IMG/VR virus record: IMGVR_UViG_3300028025_000089 | From: a virus | Lineage: Duplodnaviria > Caudoviricetes | Length of the DNA: 64,000 nt | Reading direction: 5' to 3' (one strand) | In this document: piece by piece, positions 51,888 through 61,059 of the stretch | Layout of the letters: every line of letters begins with the position of its first letter | Position numbering within the stretch: the first letter of the stretch is position 1 | The notes under the pieces: generated by a model | What the model was told of the DNA's origin: nothing | What the model saw: the letters and a program-made list of their open reading frames with translations, nothing else | Databases searched by the model: none | Translations under genes and position numbers: made by a program

Positions 51888-51888
51888 T

Positions 51889-51895
51889 TATTTAT
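51889..51895 (+). promoter_or_regulatory. TATTTAT motif
   Basis: 8 nt upstream of the ATG at 51904. Confidence 0.55.
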
Positions 51896-51903
51896 AATAT
51901 TAT

Positions 51904-53976
51904 ATGATTGAAAACTGTTATATACTATATTCTTGTGATGGAGGTTACCAACCGATCATTTCTAATTACAGTGGATTAAGCGCTTATTCTGAAAGTTACG
52001 TATCCATTAACATTATTGATTTGGGTGAAACTCCTGACACTTGTTTTTATGTTTTAAGTTTAGGTGAAATAGAATGTGATATAACCTATGATATTGACAT
52101 AAACACAGGAACAACATGTTCTTGTCAGTGTTATTGTTATTTTATAAGAAGTTTAGAAACAAATGTTGATGTGACTTATGTAGATTGTAATGATCTTATT
52201 GTTGTTGAAACATTACAAGAAGGACAAACATATAATATTTGTAGTAAAGTATTTCCTCAATTTGATGGAGAATCTCAAATACCAATTAAAATAACGGATA
52301 TTTGTCAAAACAACCAATGTCCTCCAACAATACCAACAGTAAAACCACCTAACGAATGTGATGTTATTACAATATTTCCAATGGACGTTGAGTGTATTGT
52401 TCAAAACCCATCCAACGACAGATCTTTTGATGGGGCTGCGACATTAGCAATTACAGGAGGAACACCACCTTATACCATATTTTGGGAAATCGGAAGTTTT
52501 GCTCCAGCCCTTAATAATTTAGGTGTTGGTGAGTATTCAGCAACTGTGACTGATTACTATGGTGATTTTACTGCGAACACCACTTGTGTTTTAACGGCAG
52601 AAACATTAACCATATCTGGTATGTGTTTTGTTATGACGGGAATTACAGGTGAAGTTTTAACTTATATTTCAGCCGAAAGTCTTGGACTTAAAAACGGAAA
52701 ACCATATTATGAAATACAATATTTGGGTGAAACGTATGGTTATGTATTTTGGAATACAGAATATGAAACTTGGTATTTTTGTCAAACATTAGATTGTCAA
52801 AATATAAGCCCATATAACACTTATACAGGAACAACTTATTATCCTTCAGGTGCTACAGGTGATTGGGTTATTGAATCTGATACACAATATCAAATAATTG
52901 AATCTTATGTTGGTCCATGTCAAATACCTGCAATTGTTAAAGGAGACACCAATCTTTGTGTTACGTTAATTATAAATACAGGAAATTCAGACTCACCAAC
53001 AGATACTTTAAATATTGGATTAGACCCAAGTAATGAAATTAATGGACAACCAAGTTGGTCATCATCAACGGGACAATATGTGATTTATTGGAATACAGGA
53101 TCAACACCTAATCAATGGGTTATGACGGGATATACTAATCCATATGTTACATTAACAAACAATGATCCATCAGATCCACCTATTAGTAATTGGGTTGTTA
53201 ATGGTGAACCTGAAGTTTTAGAAATGTTTGTTTTGACTGGTGATTGTTCCACTGGTTATACAATAAATGTCAATGCTGCAATAAATGATGCCTTATGTGA
53301 AGAAACGGGAAGTATAACACTAACCGCAAGTGGAGGTATTGCACCATACGAATATTCTGTTGATGGGATTAATTTTCAACCATCCCCAATATTCAACGGA
53401 CTAACACCGGGGTCTTATATAGTTTATGCGAAAGATTCATTAAATAATATTGGGTTATATTCACCTGTTGTGATAAATAATACACCACCTGTATCATATT
53501 CAGTCGTGTTGAATGTAAACTATAGCACGGGATTATTTACTATAACGGCACCTACTTTACCTGCAGGTGTTACAATAGATCTTAATTTGGTGATGACTTC
53601 AACGTTTAGTTATTACCCAACAACACTTTCACCACAACCAACTTATAATAATTTTACAACAATTATTGGAACAGGACTTATGACTTTGACAAATACTATG
53701 TTAAATATAACTCCGTTGACAGGTCCTTGTGTTAGAACAGGTTCTATTGGAGTTGCACAAACAACAAATACTTATACAAATACAATTACTTTGGTGAGTA
53801 ATCAAGTTGTTAGTGGAACAACCACAAATAACATTATCAATGACCCAACTGGAAATTGTAAAAATGCTATTGGTTCATATAACTTAACAATGACAAACCC
53901 TACGATAAATAATTGTCAGTGTTGTTCGGTATTTCTTCTTAACCCAAGATTAAACCCAGCACCTCCAATTACATAA
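51904..53976 (+). CDS. Cys-rich SprB-repeat adhesin-like virion protein (690 aa)
   Basis: DGAATLAITGGTPPYTIFW...GEYSATVTD and C..TGSITL.ASGG.APYEYS.DG..FQ.SP.F.GL.PGSY.VY.KD repeats. Confidence 0.72.
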   Translation: MIENCYILYSCDGGYQPIISNYSGLSAYSESYVSINIIDLGETPDTCFYVLSLGEIECDITYDIDINTGTTCSCQCYCYFIRSLETNVDVTYVDCNDLIVVETLQEGQTYNICSKVFPQFDGESQIPIKITDICQNNQCPPTIPTVKPPNECDVITIFPMDVECIVQNPSNDRSFDGAATLAITGGTPPYTIFWEIGSFAPALNNLGVGEYSATVTDYYGDFTANTTCVLTAETLTISGMCFVMTGITGEVLTYISAESLGLKNGKPYYEIQYLGETYGYVFWNTEYETWYFCQTLDCQNISPYNTYTGTTYYPSGATGDWVIESDTQYQIIESYVGPCQIPAIVKGDTNLCVTLIINTGNSDSPTDTLNIGLDPSNEINGQPSWSSSTGQYVIYWNTGSTPNQWVMTGYTNPYVTLTNNDPSDPPISNWVVNGEPEVLEMFVLTGDCSTGYTINVNAAINDALCEETGSITLTASGGIAPYEYSVDGINFQPSPIFNGLTPGSYIVYAKDSLNNIGLYSPVVINNTPPVSYSVVLNVNYSTGLFTITAPTLPAGVTIDLNLVMTSTFSYYPTTLSPQPTYNNFTTIIGTGLMTLTNTMLNITPLTGPCVRTGSIGVAQTTNTYTNTITLVSNQVVSGTTTNNIINDPTGNCKNAIGSYNLTMTNPTINNCQCCSVFLLNPRLNPAPPIT

Positions 53977-53990
53977 AATTAAAAGAATAA

Positions 53991-53997
53991 TATTTAT
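53991..53997 (+). promoter_or_regulatory. TATTTAT motif
   Basis: 6 nt upstream of the ATG at 54004. Confidence 0.55.
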
Positions 53998-54003
53998 TCA
54001 ATA

Positions 54004-56523
54004 ATGGCCTACATAATTAAAAATACATCAGGTTTGGTTAACACCCGAGTTACTGACACGGGAAGACAAAGATTGTCTGAAGGTAGATTCAATATCACAT
54101 ATTTTGCTATTGGTGATAGTGAAATATCTTATAATCAATTACCCAACACTTATAACCAATCAAACACCGTTGTATTGGAACCTCAATTTAATGCTCAAAA
54201 TAGTTCAGGCGTTCCTGAATCAAATAGACAATATATTAAATATCCTTATTTGGTTGATGAAGGTCAAACAAACCTTTATGGTATTCCATTTATGGATTCG
54301 CAAATTGAATCTGTTTATAATAGAGCTGCAATGAGAGGATTTTTTACAGGAAACACAACAGCGTCAACTGTAAATTGGAAGGCTCTTGTTAATAATTCAT
54401 ATGTTGTGACACCAAATTATGTTGTTAATATGTCAACGTTAAATGGGTCAAATGAAATCAACGTATATCGATTAGATTGTAATAGTCAAAATAATAATAC
54501 ACCACAAGTTGGTGATTTTATTACAATATATTATGATGGGTTTGCAAAAAATGATTGTTCTTGTTCTAATTTCCCGACACCAACACCATCGGCATCGGTA
54601 GGACAAACACCAACACCTACACCAACTCCATCGGCAACATTATCAAACCCTTGTGCGTCACCAACACCGACACCAAGCCCAACTCAAACACCTTGTATAT
54701 CACCTACACCAAGTGCTCAATGTCCTTTACCACCACCACCTGATTGTTTGAAAAATGTTAATTCTTGTTTTTCAATATTAACATATAGAATCGTTGCGGT
54801 ATGTAATGATAAATTAACATTAGATAGACCAACACCCGACTTTACCAATCTTTCAAGTGATTGTATTGCAAGAACATTAATATATCCACCACAAATGGTT
54901 CCTTTGTATGATAGTTTTACACCTGAACCGCATTGGGCTCAAAGTGTTATTGATTTTGAATCAGTTTGTGATACGGATCAATTTGATGTTAAAATTTGGA
55001 ACATGAATATTCCGTGGACTGAAAGTCCGGCAGGTTTATTGCCATCACAATACCAAGACTATACCAAATTTGGATCAATTAATTATATCGGTCAAAAAGA
55101 ATACTTTGGTTATACAACAAGTGCTCAAACATCTACAGACGATGTTTATTATTATAACTCTTTTGGTGAAAAACAAGTTGTGACACCGCAAGATCAAAAG
55201 GCTATTGCAATTATTCATTATACTAATCAAACAATAGATTTCTTTTATGGTGAAAAATTTGCTTTAGAACCATATGACACACAAAACCCTGAAAACACAC
55301 AAGGTCAAGCAAGAAACTTTAAGTTACACATGCCAACAATAATGTGGCATAAAAACCCTGAATGTTGTTTTGGTCAAACATTCTATGTTGATCCTCCAGG
55401 GTTCGAAGGTAAAAACTTGTTTACAGTTCAATATACAAAATCAAATATTTCGTCCAACATGAATAAACCTGGATTGAGATATTATAATTTATGGGACACA
55501 TTTGCACAACCAAATGGACTTCCAAGTAGAATTGGAAAAGTATATCCTGATTCTAAAATGATAATAATAGATGACGAAGAATTGGTTGCTGCACTTTCAT
55601 ATAAGTCAAATCGAAATTGGACTTTACCGGCACCTCAAGTTTCGTTATTAACACCAAACACTTGTGGTGTTTCTAATACTACAGGAGTTTTAACTGGTGG
55701 CAGTGAAACAATGTGGGTGACTTATAGATTAACAAACACTAATTACTTTACTAATTCATTACATTGTAATTACTATGTGAACGTAGTTGGAACTGAAAAT
55801 GTTTGTTCACCTGAAACACCAAAAAATGTTGCGGTTAGATTCGGAGGAGATTTCCCTTGTTTAGTTCAACCAGGTTTTACACCAACAACCACAACCACAA
55901 CAATTCCTTTTACAACAACCACAACTACAAGTCCATTAACAACAACTACAACTACAAGTCCATTAATTACAACCACAACAACTATTTGTCCAACTTGTGT
56001 TGTTCCTGCAGGTTTTTACGCGACTGAATTCCAAGTATTAGCTCAAAGAGTTCCTACGGGACAAAGACCAACCCCTGAAAGTTGGAAGATGATTGATTTT
56101 ACACAACAAATAAGTAGTTTATTTATTAATGGATATGTAACACAAGAATCATTAACGGCAACAACATTTACAATTACTGCTGAAAATTATGACAGCGCTC
56201 CATTCTACAATCTAAATGATTATGTTACACTTGTTCCTAATGGTGCGACAGGTCAACAATTAAACTTTGGTGATGAATATTATTTCTATGGAAATTTAGA
56301 GACAGATATTCAAGCAACGATCTACGAAATGAAATATAAGATAAACTTGAATTCTTCTGAATTTTTGGTGTCTCAAAACCCAACATGGACAAAAGGGACT
56401 CAATCTTATGTTACGGAAATTGCGTTATTAGATGAAAATGAAGATATTCTTGTTATGTCAAAATTACAATCACCTGTTTTACGACAAGGAATACAACAAT
56501 ACGTGGTAAAATTAGATTTCTAA
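54004..56523 (+). CDS. Tail-collar/fibre-attachment-like protein with mucin-like insertions (839 aa)
   Basis: N-terminal TDTGRQRL...ITYFAIGD and C-terminal VTEIALLD...LV.SKL..P....VKLDF resemble the tail-collar fold; (TP)n and poly-T tracts lie between them. Confidence 0.62.
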   Translation: MAYIIKNTSGLVNTRVTDTGRQRLSEGRFNITYFAIGDSEISYNQLPNTYNQSNTVVLEPQFNAQNSSGVPESNRQYIKYPYLVDEGQTNLYGIPFMDSQIESVYNRAAMRGFFTGNTTASTVNWKALVNNSYVVTPNYVVNMSTLNGSNEINVYRLDCNSQNNNTPQVGDFITIYYDGFAKNDCSCSNFPTPTPSASVGQTPTPTPTPSATLSNPCASPTPTPSPTQTPCISPTPSAQCPLPPPPDCLKNVNSCFSILTYRIVAVCNDKLTLDRPTPDFTNLSSDCIARTLIYPPQMVPLYDSFTPEPHWAQSVIDFESVCDTDQFDVKIWNMNIPWTESPAGLLPSQYQDYTKFGSINYIGQKEYFGYTTSAQTSTDDVYYYNSFGEKQVVTPQDQKAIAIIHYTNQTIDFFYGEKFALEPYDTQNPENTQGQARNFKLHMPTIMWHKNPECCFGQTFYVDPPGFEGKNLFTVQYTKSNISSNMNKPGLRYYNLWDTFAQPNGLPSRIGKVYPDSKMIIIDDEELVAALSYKSNRNWTLPAPQVSLLTPNTCGVSNTTGVLTGGSETMWVTYRLTNTNYFTNSLHCNYYVNVVGTENVCSPETPKNVAVRFGGDFPCLVQPGFTPTTTTTTIPFTTTTTTSPLTTTTTTSPLITTTTTICPTCVVPAGFYATEFQVLAQRVPTGQRPTPESWKMIDFTQQISSLFINGYVTQESLTATTFTITAENYDSAPFYNLNDYVTLVPNGATGQQLNFGDEYYFYGNLETDIQATIYEMKYKINLNSSEFLVSQNPTWTKGTQSYVTEIALLDENEDILVMSKLQSPVLRQGIQQYVVKLDF
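54574..54741 (+). repeat. (Thr-Pro)n extensin-like tract
   Basis: PTPTPSASVGQTPTPTPTPSATLSNPCASPTPTPSPTQTPCISPTPSAQCPLPPPP. Confidence 0.9.
55879..55998 (+). repeat. Poly-Thr tandem repeat
   Basis: TPTTTTTTIPFTTTTTTSPLTTTTTTSPLITTTTTICPTC. Confidence 0.9.
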
Positions 56524-56580
56524 CCAAAAACTTTAATTTTAATTCTTTTCACTTATAATAATTTAATACAAACAATTTTT

Positions 56581-57189
56581 ATGGCAAAAAATCTGAAAAA
56601 CACACCAAAAGTCTTGGGACTTGATATATCAACCAAAACAATTGGTTGGGCGTTATTCGACATCCAAACTCAAGAGTTATTAGAACTTACCCATGTTTCA
56701 CCAAGACCTAAAATGGATAAAGATGACGATGATAAATTAAAAGAGTTATTACTTAAATCAGAAATTTTTTCAGAGAAGTTAAAACAATATAAAAATCTTG
56801 GAATTGTAAGAATCGTAATTGAAGAGCCTTTATTAAATTCTAACAATGTATATACAATTCAAACCCTATTAAGATTTAATAGTTTTGTTTTCAAAGAGAT
56901 ATACAACATATTTGGAATTGTTCCCGAATTTATTTCAACATACAATTCAAGAAAGTTTGCATTTCCCGAATTAGTCCAAGAAAACGATAAAAAGAAACAC
57001 GTTCTATTTGGAGGTCTTCCAAAAGATGTGGATAAGAAAATGATAATTTGGGAAAAGGTTGCAAAAAGAGAACCTCAAATCAAATGGTTATATACCAAAA
57101 ATAATACACTTAAAAAGGAAAACTTTGACCAAACTGATGCTTATACTTGTGCGTTAGGTTTTATGAGGTCTAAAGGTATTTGGGAATAA
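56581..57189 (+). CDS. ruvC: RuvC-like Holliday junction resolvase
   Basis: VLGLDIST..IGW, IVIEEP, D.TDAY acidic motifs. Confidence 0.85.
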   Translation: MAKNLKNTPKVLGLDISTKTIGWALFDIQTQELLELTHVSPRPKMDKDDDDKLKELLLKSEIFSEKLKQYKNLGIVRIVIEEPLLNSNNVYTIQTLLRFNSFVFKEIYNIFGIVPEFISTYNSRKFAFPELVQENDKKKHVLFGGLPKDVDKKMIIWEKVAKREPQIKWLYTKNNTLKKENFDQTDAYTCALGFMRSKGIWE

Positions 57190-57214
57190 TATTGTATAAT
57201 ATATTGATAATTTG

Positions 57215-57246
57215 AAATATCGTCTTTTTAGACGATATTTTTTTTT
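57215..57246 (+). terminator. Terminator between convergent genes (possibly bidirectional)
   Basis: AAATATCGTC-TTTTTA-GACGATATTT plus a T-run. Confidence 0.8.
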
Positions 57247-58735
57247 AACAAGAAAATCCTGTATTTGTTATTAGAGTGTTTTGAGGGTTGTTGGATACTG
57301 GTGTTGTTGATGAACACAAATAAATTGAAGTATTTGGATTCATAGATATTGAAGAAGGACCATTTTCACAACTAAAATAAGATATTGATATTTTAGATGG
57401 ACTGTCATTAACAATCGAATATTCAAACTGAACACATGGTGTAGGACTTGGAGTCGGTGTTGGTGTTTGAGTTGGAGTTTGTGTTGGAGTTTGTGTTAAT
57501 TCAGGAACGCAGTTTAAACAAGCGCCATCTGTAGTTGATCCTATTTCTGTTAATAACTGAATTGTATCCACACCACTTATATTTTCAAATAACCCATCAT
57601 AAATAACACAATATCCTTGTCCGTTAATTATTGCGTTATATACATAACCTTCTTTTGGTGATGTAGTTCCTGAAACCAAAACCAAATCTGATGTAAAATA
57701 TTGAATACCTGTAAAGCAATCTCTGAATTTTTTACTATTTGCACATTGTATAATTTCAGAAAATGTATTAAATATAACTTCACCCGAAAAATTGCAAGGT
57801 CTATCAACTTGTGGTGTTGGAGTTGGTGTCGGTGTAAACGAAGGCGTTGGAGTTGGTGATATACCTAATTTTGAAACTACCATTGATACACCACCACAAA
57901 TTGCCGAACTTGTCGGTGTCATTGTTGGTGTGGGGGTTGGTGTTTTTGGTGGTGTTGTAGAAGGTGTTGGTGGTATATAACAATCAAAAACCGCTTCCAA
58001 ATCTAACGTAGAACAAGGATTAATTGTTGTTGTAGTTGTTGTGCATGGACCAAAATAAAGAACACTATCATCTAAATCAGGACAAGAGGATGCGCTACCA
58101 TATGGTCCGAATTGATCACAAGGATCACCAAGATTTTGAGCTAAACACCATCTTGTTTCACCTGTAGAGTAATAAATCACAAAACTTGTAGATTCACCTG
58201 TATAATATGATTGACCATCAAAAGTTCCTGCAATTTCATATGTGTCGTCGTATGTTGTATCATTTTGAATACAAAATGTTCCTGTGCAAGTGCAGGCAGA
58301 TATACCTAATATTTCACCAGCACTATCAACATCATAAACATCAACACCGTCAGAATAGTAAGAAATTAATGCTGTAGTTGTGCAAGCAGAATCTGTGTAT
58401 ACAATAGACCCAATGTTTAAATCAGAACCATACAAGATATAATCTAATGGTGATAAACAAGAAAGTTCAGGATCTGAAGCCGATGAAAAATTTCCTAAAA
58501 AATTACAAGAACAACCTGAAACTCCGGTAATTTCTCCCGAACCATTTGTTGAATATAAATTAGACCCGTTACTCAAATATATTGATGCTAAAGGCATCGT
58601 GCAACCTGAATCAATATACATCTCTTCACCAATTACCAAACTATCTCCGTATACCGTAGTTGTAAGTGCAGATAAACACAAATCCAAACTAGCGGATGTG
58701 TCAAGAGCAAATAAACCTAAATCATTACAAGCCAT
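57245..58735 (-). CDS. Cys-rich, Thr/Pro-rich (mucin-like) multidomain virion-type protein (496 aa)
   Basis: Two tandem ~73-aa Cys repeats (LG.F...C...YG..L.IG...Y.DS.CT...YSDG...GEI.G.S.C.C) plus four T/TP tracts. Confidence 0.8.
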   Translation of the reverse strand: MACNDLGLFALDTSASLDLCLSALTTTVYGDSLVIGEEMYIDSGCTMPLASIYLSNGSNLYSTNGSGEITGVSGCSCNFLGNFSSASDPELSCLSPLDYILYGSDLNIGSIVYTDSACTTTALISYYSDGVDVYDVDSAGEILGISACTCTGTFCIQNDTTYDDTYEIAGTFDGQSYYTGESTSFVIYYSTGETRWCLAQNLGDPCDQFGPYGSASSCPDLDDSVLYFGPCTTTTTTINPCSTLDLEAVFDCYIPPTPSTTPPKTPTPTPTMTPTSSAICGGVSMVVSKLGISPTPTPSFTPTPTPTPQVDRPCNFSGEVIFNTFSEIIQCANSKKFRDCFTGIQYFTSDLVLVSGTTSPKEGYVYNAIINGQGYCVIYDGLFENISGVDTIQLLTEIGSTTDGACLNCVPELTQTPTQTPTQTPTPTPSPTPCVQFEYSIVNDSPSKISISYFSCENGPSSISMNPNTSIYLCSSTTPVSNNPQNTLITNTGFSC

Positions 58736-58736
58736 A

Positions 58737-58955
58737 TTATGTTAAAGTTTCAGTTACCACACATTCATTACTATCAACCACTTTCACACTAAAAGATCCC
58801 ATACCCTCCAATATAATTGGAAGATTGAAAACGTAAGGTATATCTCCCGAAGTGATTGTTGCAACATAAACACAAGTTGTGAAACCTGTATCACATGTAT
58901 ATACATCAAAAGGGGAAAGACCCGAAAGTGAGGAAATTGTAATTTGCGTTGGCAT
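58737..58955 (-). CDS. Small Cys-containing beta-sandwich protein, paralogue of 50648..50872
   Basis: Shared QITI.S..G..PF..Y.CD.....C...K..D...C...ET pattern. Confidence 0.75.
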   Translation of the reverse strand: MPTQITISSLSGLSPFDVYTCDTGFTTCVYVATITSGDIPYVFNLPIILEGMGSFSVKVVDSNECVVTETLT

Positions 58956-58962
58956 ATCAGTA

Positions 58963-58969
58963 ATAAATA
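58963..58969 (-). promoter_or_regulatory. TATTTAT motif on the minus strand driving the inverted cassette
   Basis: ATAAATA on the plus strand, 7 nt upstream of the minus-strand ATG at 58955. Confidence 0.55.
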
Positions 58970-58994
58970 TAAATGAAGAGAAAACTTTGTGTAG

Positions 58995-59023
58995 TTGATT
59001 AAGTAAAAGATGTTTTTTATATT
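58995..59023 (+). promoter_or_regulatory. sigma70-type promoter TTGATT-N17-TATATT, near-leaderless
   Basis: -10 ends at 59023, 6 nt (TTAGGT) before the ATG at 59030. Confidence 0.7.
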
Positions 59024-59029
59024 TTAGGT

Positions 59030-59284
59030 ATGACAGAAAAAGAAATACAATTACTGGGTTTTCAAAGAGAAGAGTCCACTGAAGGGTTTGACGAACCTTT
59101 TTACTATTACACTTACAGAATTGCTGACGGATTGGAATTTATCAGTTGTGCTAACGATGAGGTAAAAGAAGATGAAGAGTGGTATGTTGACATATTCAAT
59201 ACAGATCCCCATATTAGATTTACCGAGTTTGGTGATGTTCAGGGTTTAATCAATATTTTAGAAAAAAGAAAGGTAAAAAAATAA
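59030..59284 (+). CDS. Hypothetical protein (84 aa)
   Basis: Promoter directly upstream, TAATG-coupled to the primase gene. Confidence 0.7.
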   Translation: MTEKEIQLLGFQREESTEGFDEPFYYYTYRIADGLEFISCANDEVKEDEEWYVDIFNTDPHIRFTEFGDVQGLINILEKRKVKK

Positions 59285-60183
59285 TGGATGAAAATGAAGC
59301 GTTAGTTGAATTATTAGAGGAGGTTCTTGGAGATCACGGACTTCACTATCCTAATCGCGGTCAAATATCCTTCAATTGCCCTGTTTGTGATGATGATAGA
59401 AACAAACATAATTTAGAGGTTAATTACATAGACAACGTATATAAATGTTGGAGTTGTGGTGATAGTGAGGGAACACACGGACCTTTGGGTAGAATTTTTG
59501 ATAAATACGGAAATAAAAAACATAAGAAATTATATAATGTTTTAAAACCTGAAACTGTTGTAAAACGAGAAAGACCTAAAAAAACCCTTAAACTTCCTGA
59601 CTCTTTCACTTTATTCAAAGACTCAAGTCCGGTATATCCCGTTAGAAGACAAGCCATGAATTATTTAAAAAGTCGTGGTATTACAGATGAGATGATTGAA
59701 AGGTATGGTATTGGATTTTGTGATAAAGGTGATCACTCAGGTCGTATTGTGGTTCCGTCTTATAATAAAAATGGTGAGTTAAACTATTATATTGCAAGAA
59801 GTTGGAATCCAATGTCAAAAGCCAAATATAAGAATCCTGAGGCAGAAAAAGATAAAATCATATTTTGGGAAAACCTTATTGATTGGAATAAAGACATCTT
59901 TTTAGTTGAGGGTGCTTTTGACGGATTGTTTTTAGAAAACTCAATACCGATGCTTGGAAAACATATGTCCGAACTATTGTTTGAGACATTATATATGAAC
60001 GCGAAAGGTAACATAACAATATGTTTAGATAGTGACGCTTGGGAAAATGCTGTAAAACTTTACCACGAGTTAAATGGTGGTGAAATGTGGGGTAGAATTA
60101 AATTAATCAAATTACCTGATGATAAGGATATTGCCGATCTTCGAGGTGAAATAAAAGATGAATATTATCGTATAATAAAATAA
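59284..60183 (+). CDS. DNA primase (Zn finger plus TOPRIM; gp61/DnaG-like)
   Basis: CPVC...CWSC, YL..RGI, G..VP, KYKNP, LVEGAFD, LDSDA. Confidence 0.9.
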   Translation: MDENEALVELLEEVLGDHGLHYPNRGQISFNCPVCDDDRNKHNLEVNYIDNVYKCWSCGDSEGTHGPLGRIFDKYGNKKHKKLYNVLKPETVVKRERPKKTLKLPDSFTLFKDSSPVYPVRRQAMNYLKSRGITDEMIERYGIGFCDKGDHSGRIVVPSYNKNGELNYYIARSWNPMSKAKYKNPEAEKDKIIFWENLIDWNKDIFLVEGAFDGLFLENSIPMLGKHMSELLFETLYMNAKGNITICLDSDAWENAVKLYHELNGGEMWGRIKLIKLPDDKDIADLRGEIKDEYYRIIK

Positions 60184-61046
60184 TGGAGTTAAAAAAAATC
60201 GCGGAGGAGATTAGACAAATCATATCCGAAAAACAGAAAGAATTACAACTAACCTTCGAAGAGGAAAGTCACAAATATACAATGTTGGATAAAGACGGAA
60301 ATCTAAGAAGTGATTTTCCATCTGTTTCAAAAGTGATGAAACTTTTTTATGACGAGTTTCCAACTGAACAAGCGGCCTTTAATAAAGCCGGTGGTGATCC
60401 TGATGAAGCCGAAAGATTAATTAATGAATGGGCTGAATTAGGAAGAAAATCAACAAATCTTGGATCTCGTTGTCATTACTTGTTAGAGGAACACACATTA
60501 AAAGAATTTGGTATTGAAAAAGAAGTTCGTCAACCAATATTTGATTGTGACGCCGAACAAATAGTCAAAAGTGATTCGATGATCATGGCCGGAAAACACT
60601 ATATTGAACTTCTTAAAGAGAGGGGATGTGAATTGATTGATACTGAAATGGTTTTGGGACATCCTGAATTGGAATATACAGGACAACCCGATAAGGTTTG
60701 GTTGGTAGTTGGAACAAATGGTAATTTAGGTATTTTAATAACAGACTGGAAAAGTAATAAACCAAAAAACTTTGTGGTCACACGTTATACCAAAAAAATG
60801 AAAAAACCATTTGAAGATCTACCTGATAATGCGTTGGGACACTACAACACACAATTACCTTTTTATGGTAAATTACTTTTAAAAATGTTGGAGGGAACCA
60901 AATATGAAAACATACAATTATTAGGATGTATTGTGGTGTTGATTACTGATGAGAGGGAATATCACGAATATCGAGTATCTAAAAAAACAATCAACACAAT
61001 TTTAGAAATGGATATGAAACAATATTTGACTAAACTTAAAAAATAA
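60183..61046 (+). CDS. PD-(D/E)XK exonuclease (RecB-family motif set)
   Basis: G...H, E.V....YTGQPD, TDWKS, QLPFY (QxxxY). Confidence 0.8.
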   Translation: MELKKIAEEIRQIISEKQKELQLTFEEESHKYTMLDKDGNLRSDFPSVSKVMKLFYDEFPTEQAAFNKAGGDPDEAERLINEWAELGRKSTNLGSRCHYLLEEHTLKEFGIEKEVRQPIFDCDAEQIVKSDSMIMAGKHYIELLKERGCELIDTEMVLGHPELEYTGQPDKVWLVVGTNGNLGILITDWKSNKPKNFVVTRYTKKMKKPFEDLPDNALGHYNTQLPFYGKLLLKMLEGTKYENIQLLGCIVVLITDEREYHEYRVSKKTINTILEMDMKQYLTKLKK

Positions 61047-61054
61047 ACTATAAT
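61026..61054 (+). promoter_or_regulatory. sigma70-type promoter TTGACT-N17-TATAAT, near-leaderless
   Basis: -35 at 61026-61031, -10 at 61049-61054, then TAGGT and the ATG at 61060. Confidence 0.8.
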
Positions 61055-61059
61055 TAGGT

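Noticed and set aside
55879-55998. ACAACAACC-type periodic DNA as a CRISPR array or microsatellite locus
   Set aside because: These are Thr codon runs within ORFs, with no fixed repeat-spacer structure.
60183-61046. Cas4 assignment for the PD-(D/E)XK nuclease
   Set aside because: Lacks the Cas4 Fe-S cysteine set; no cas genes or array in the window.
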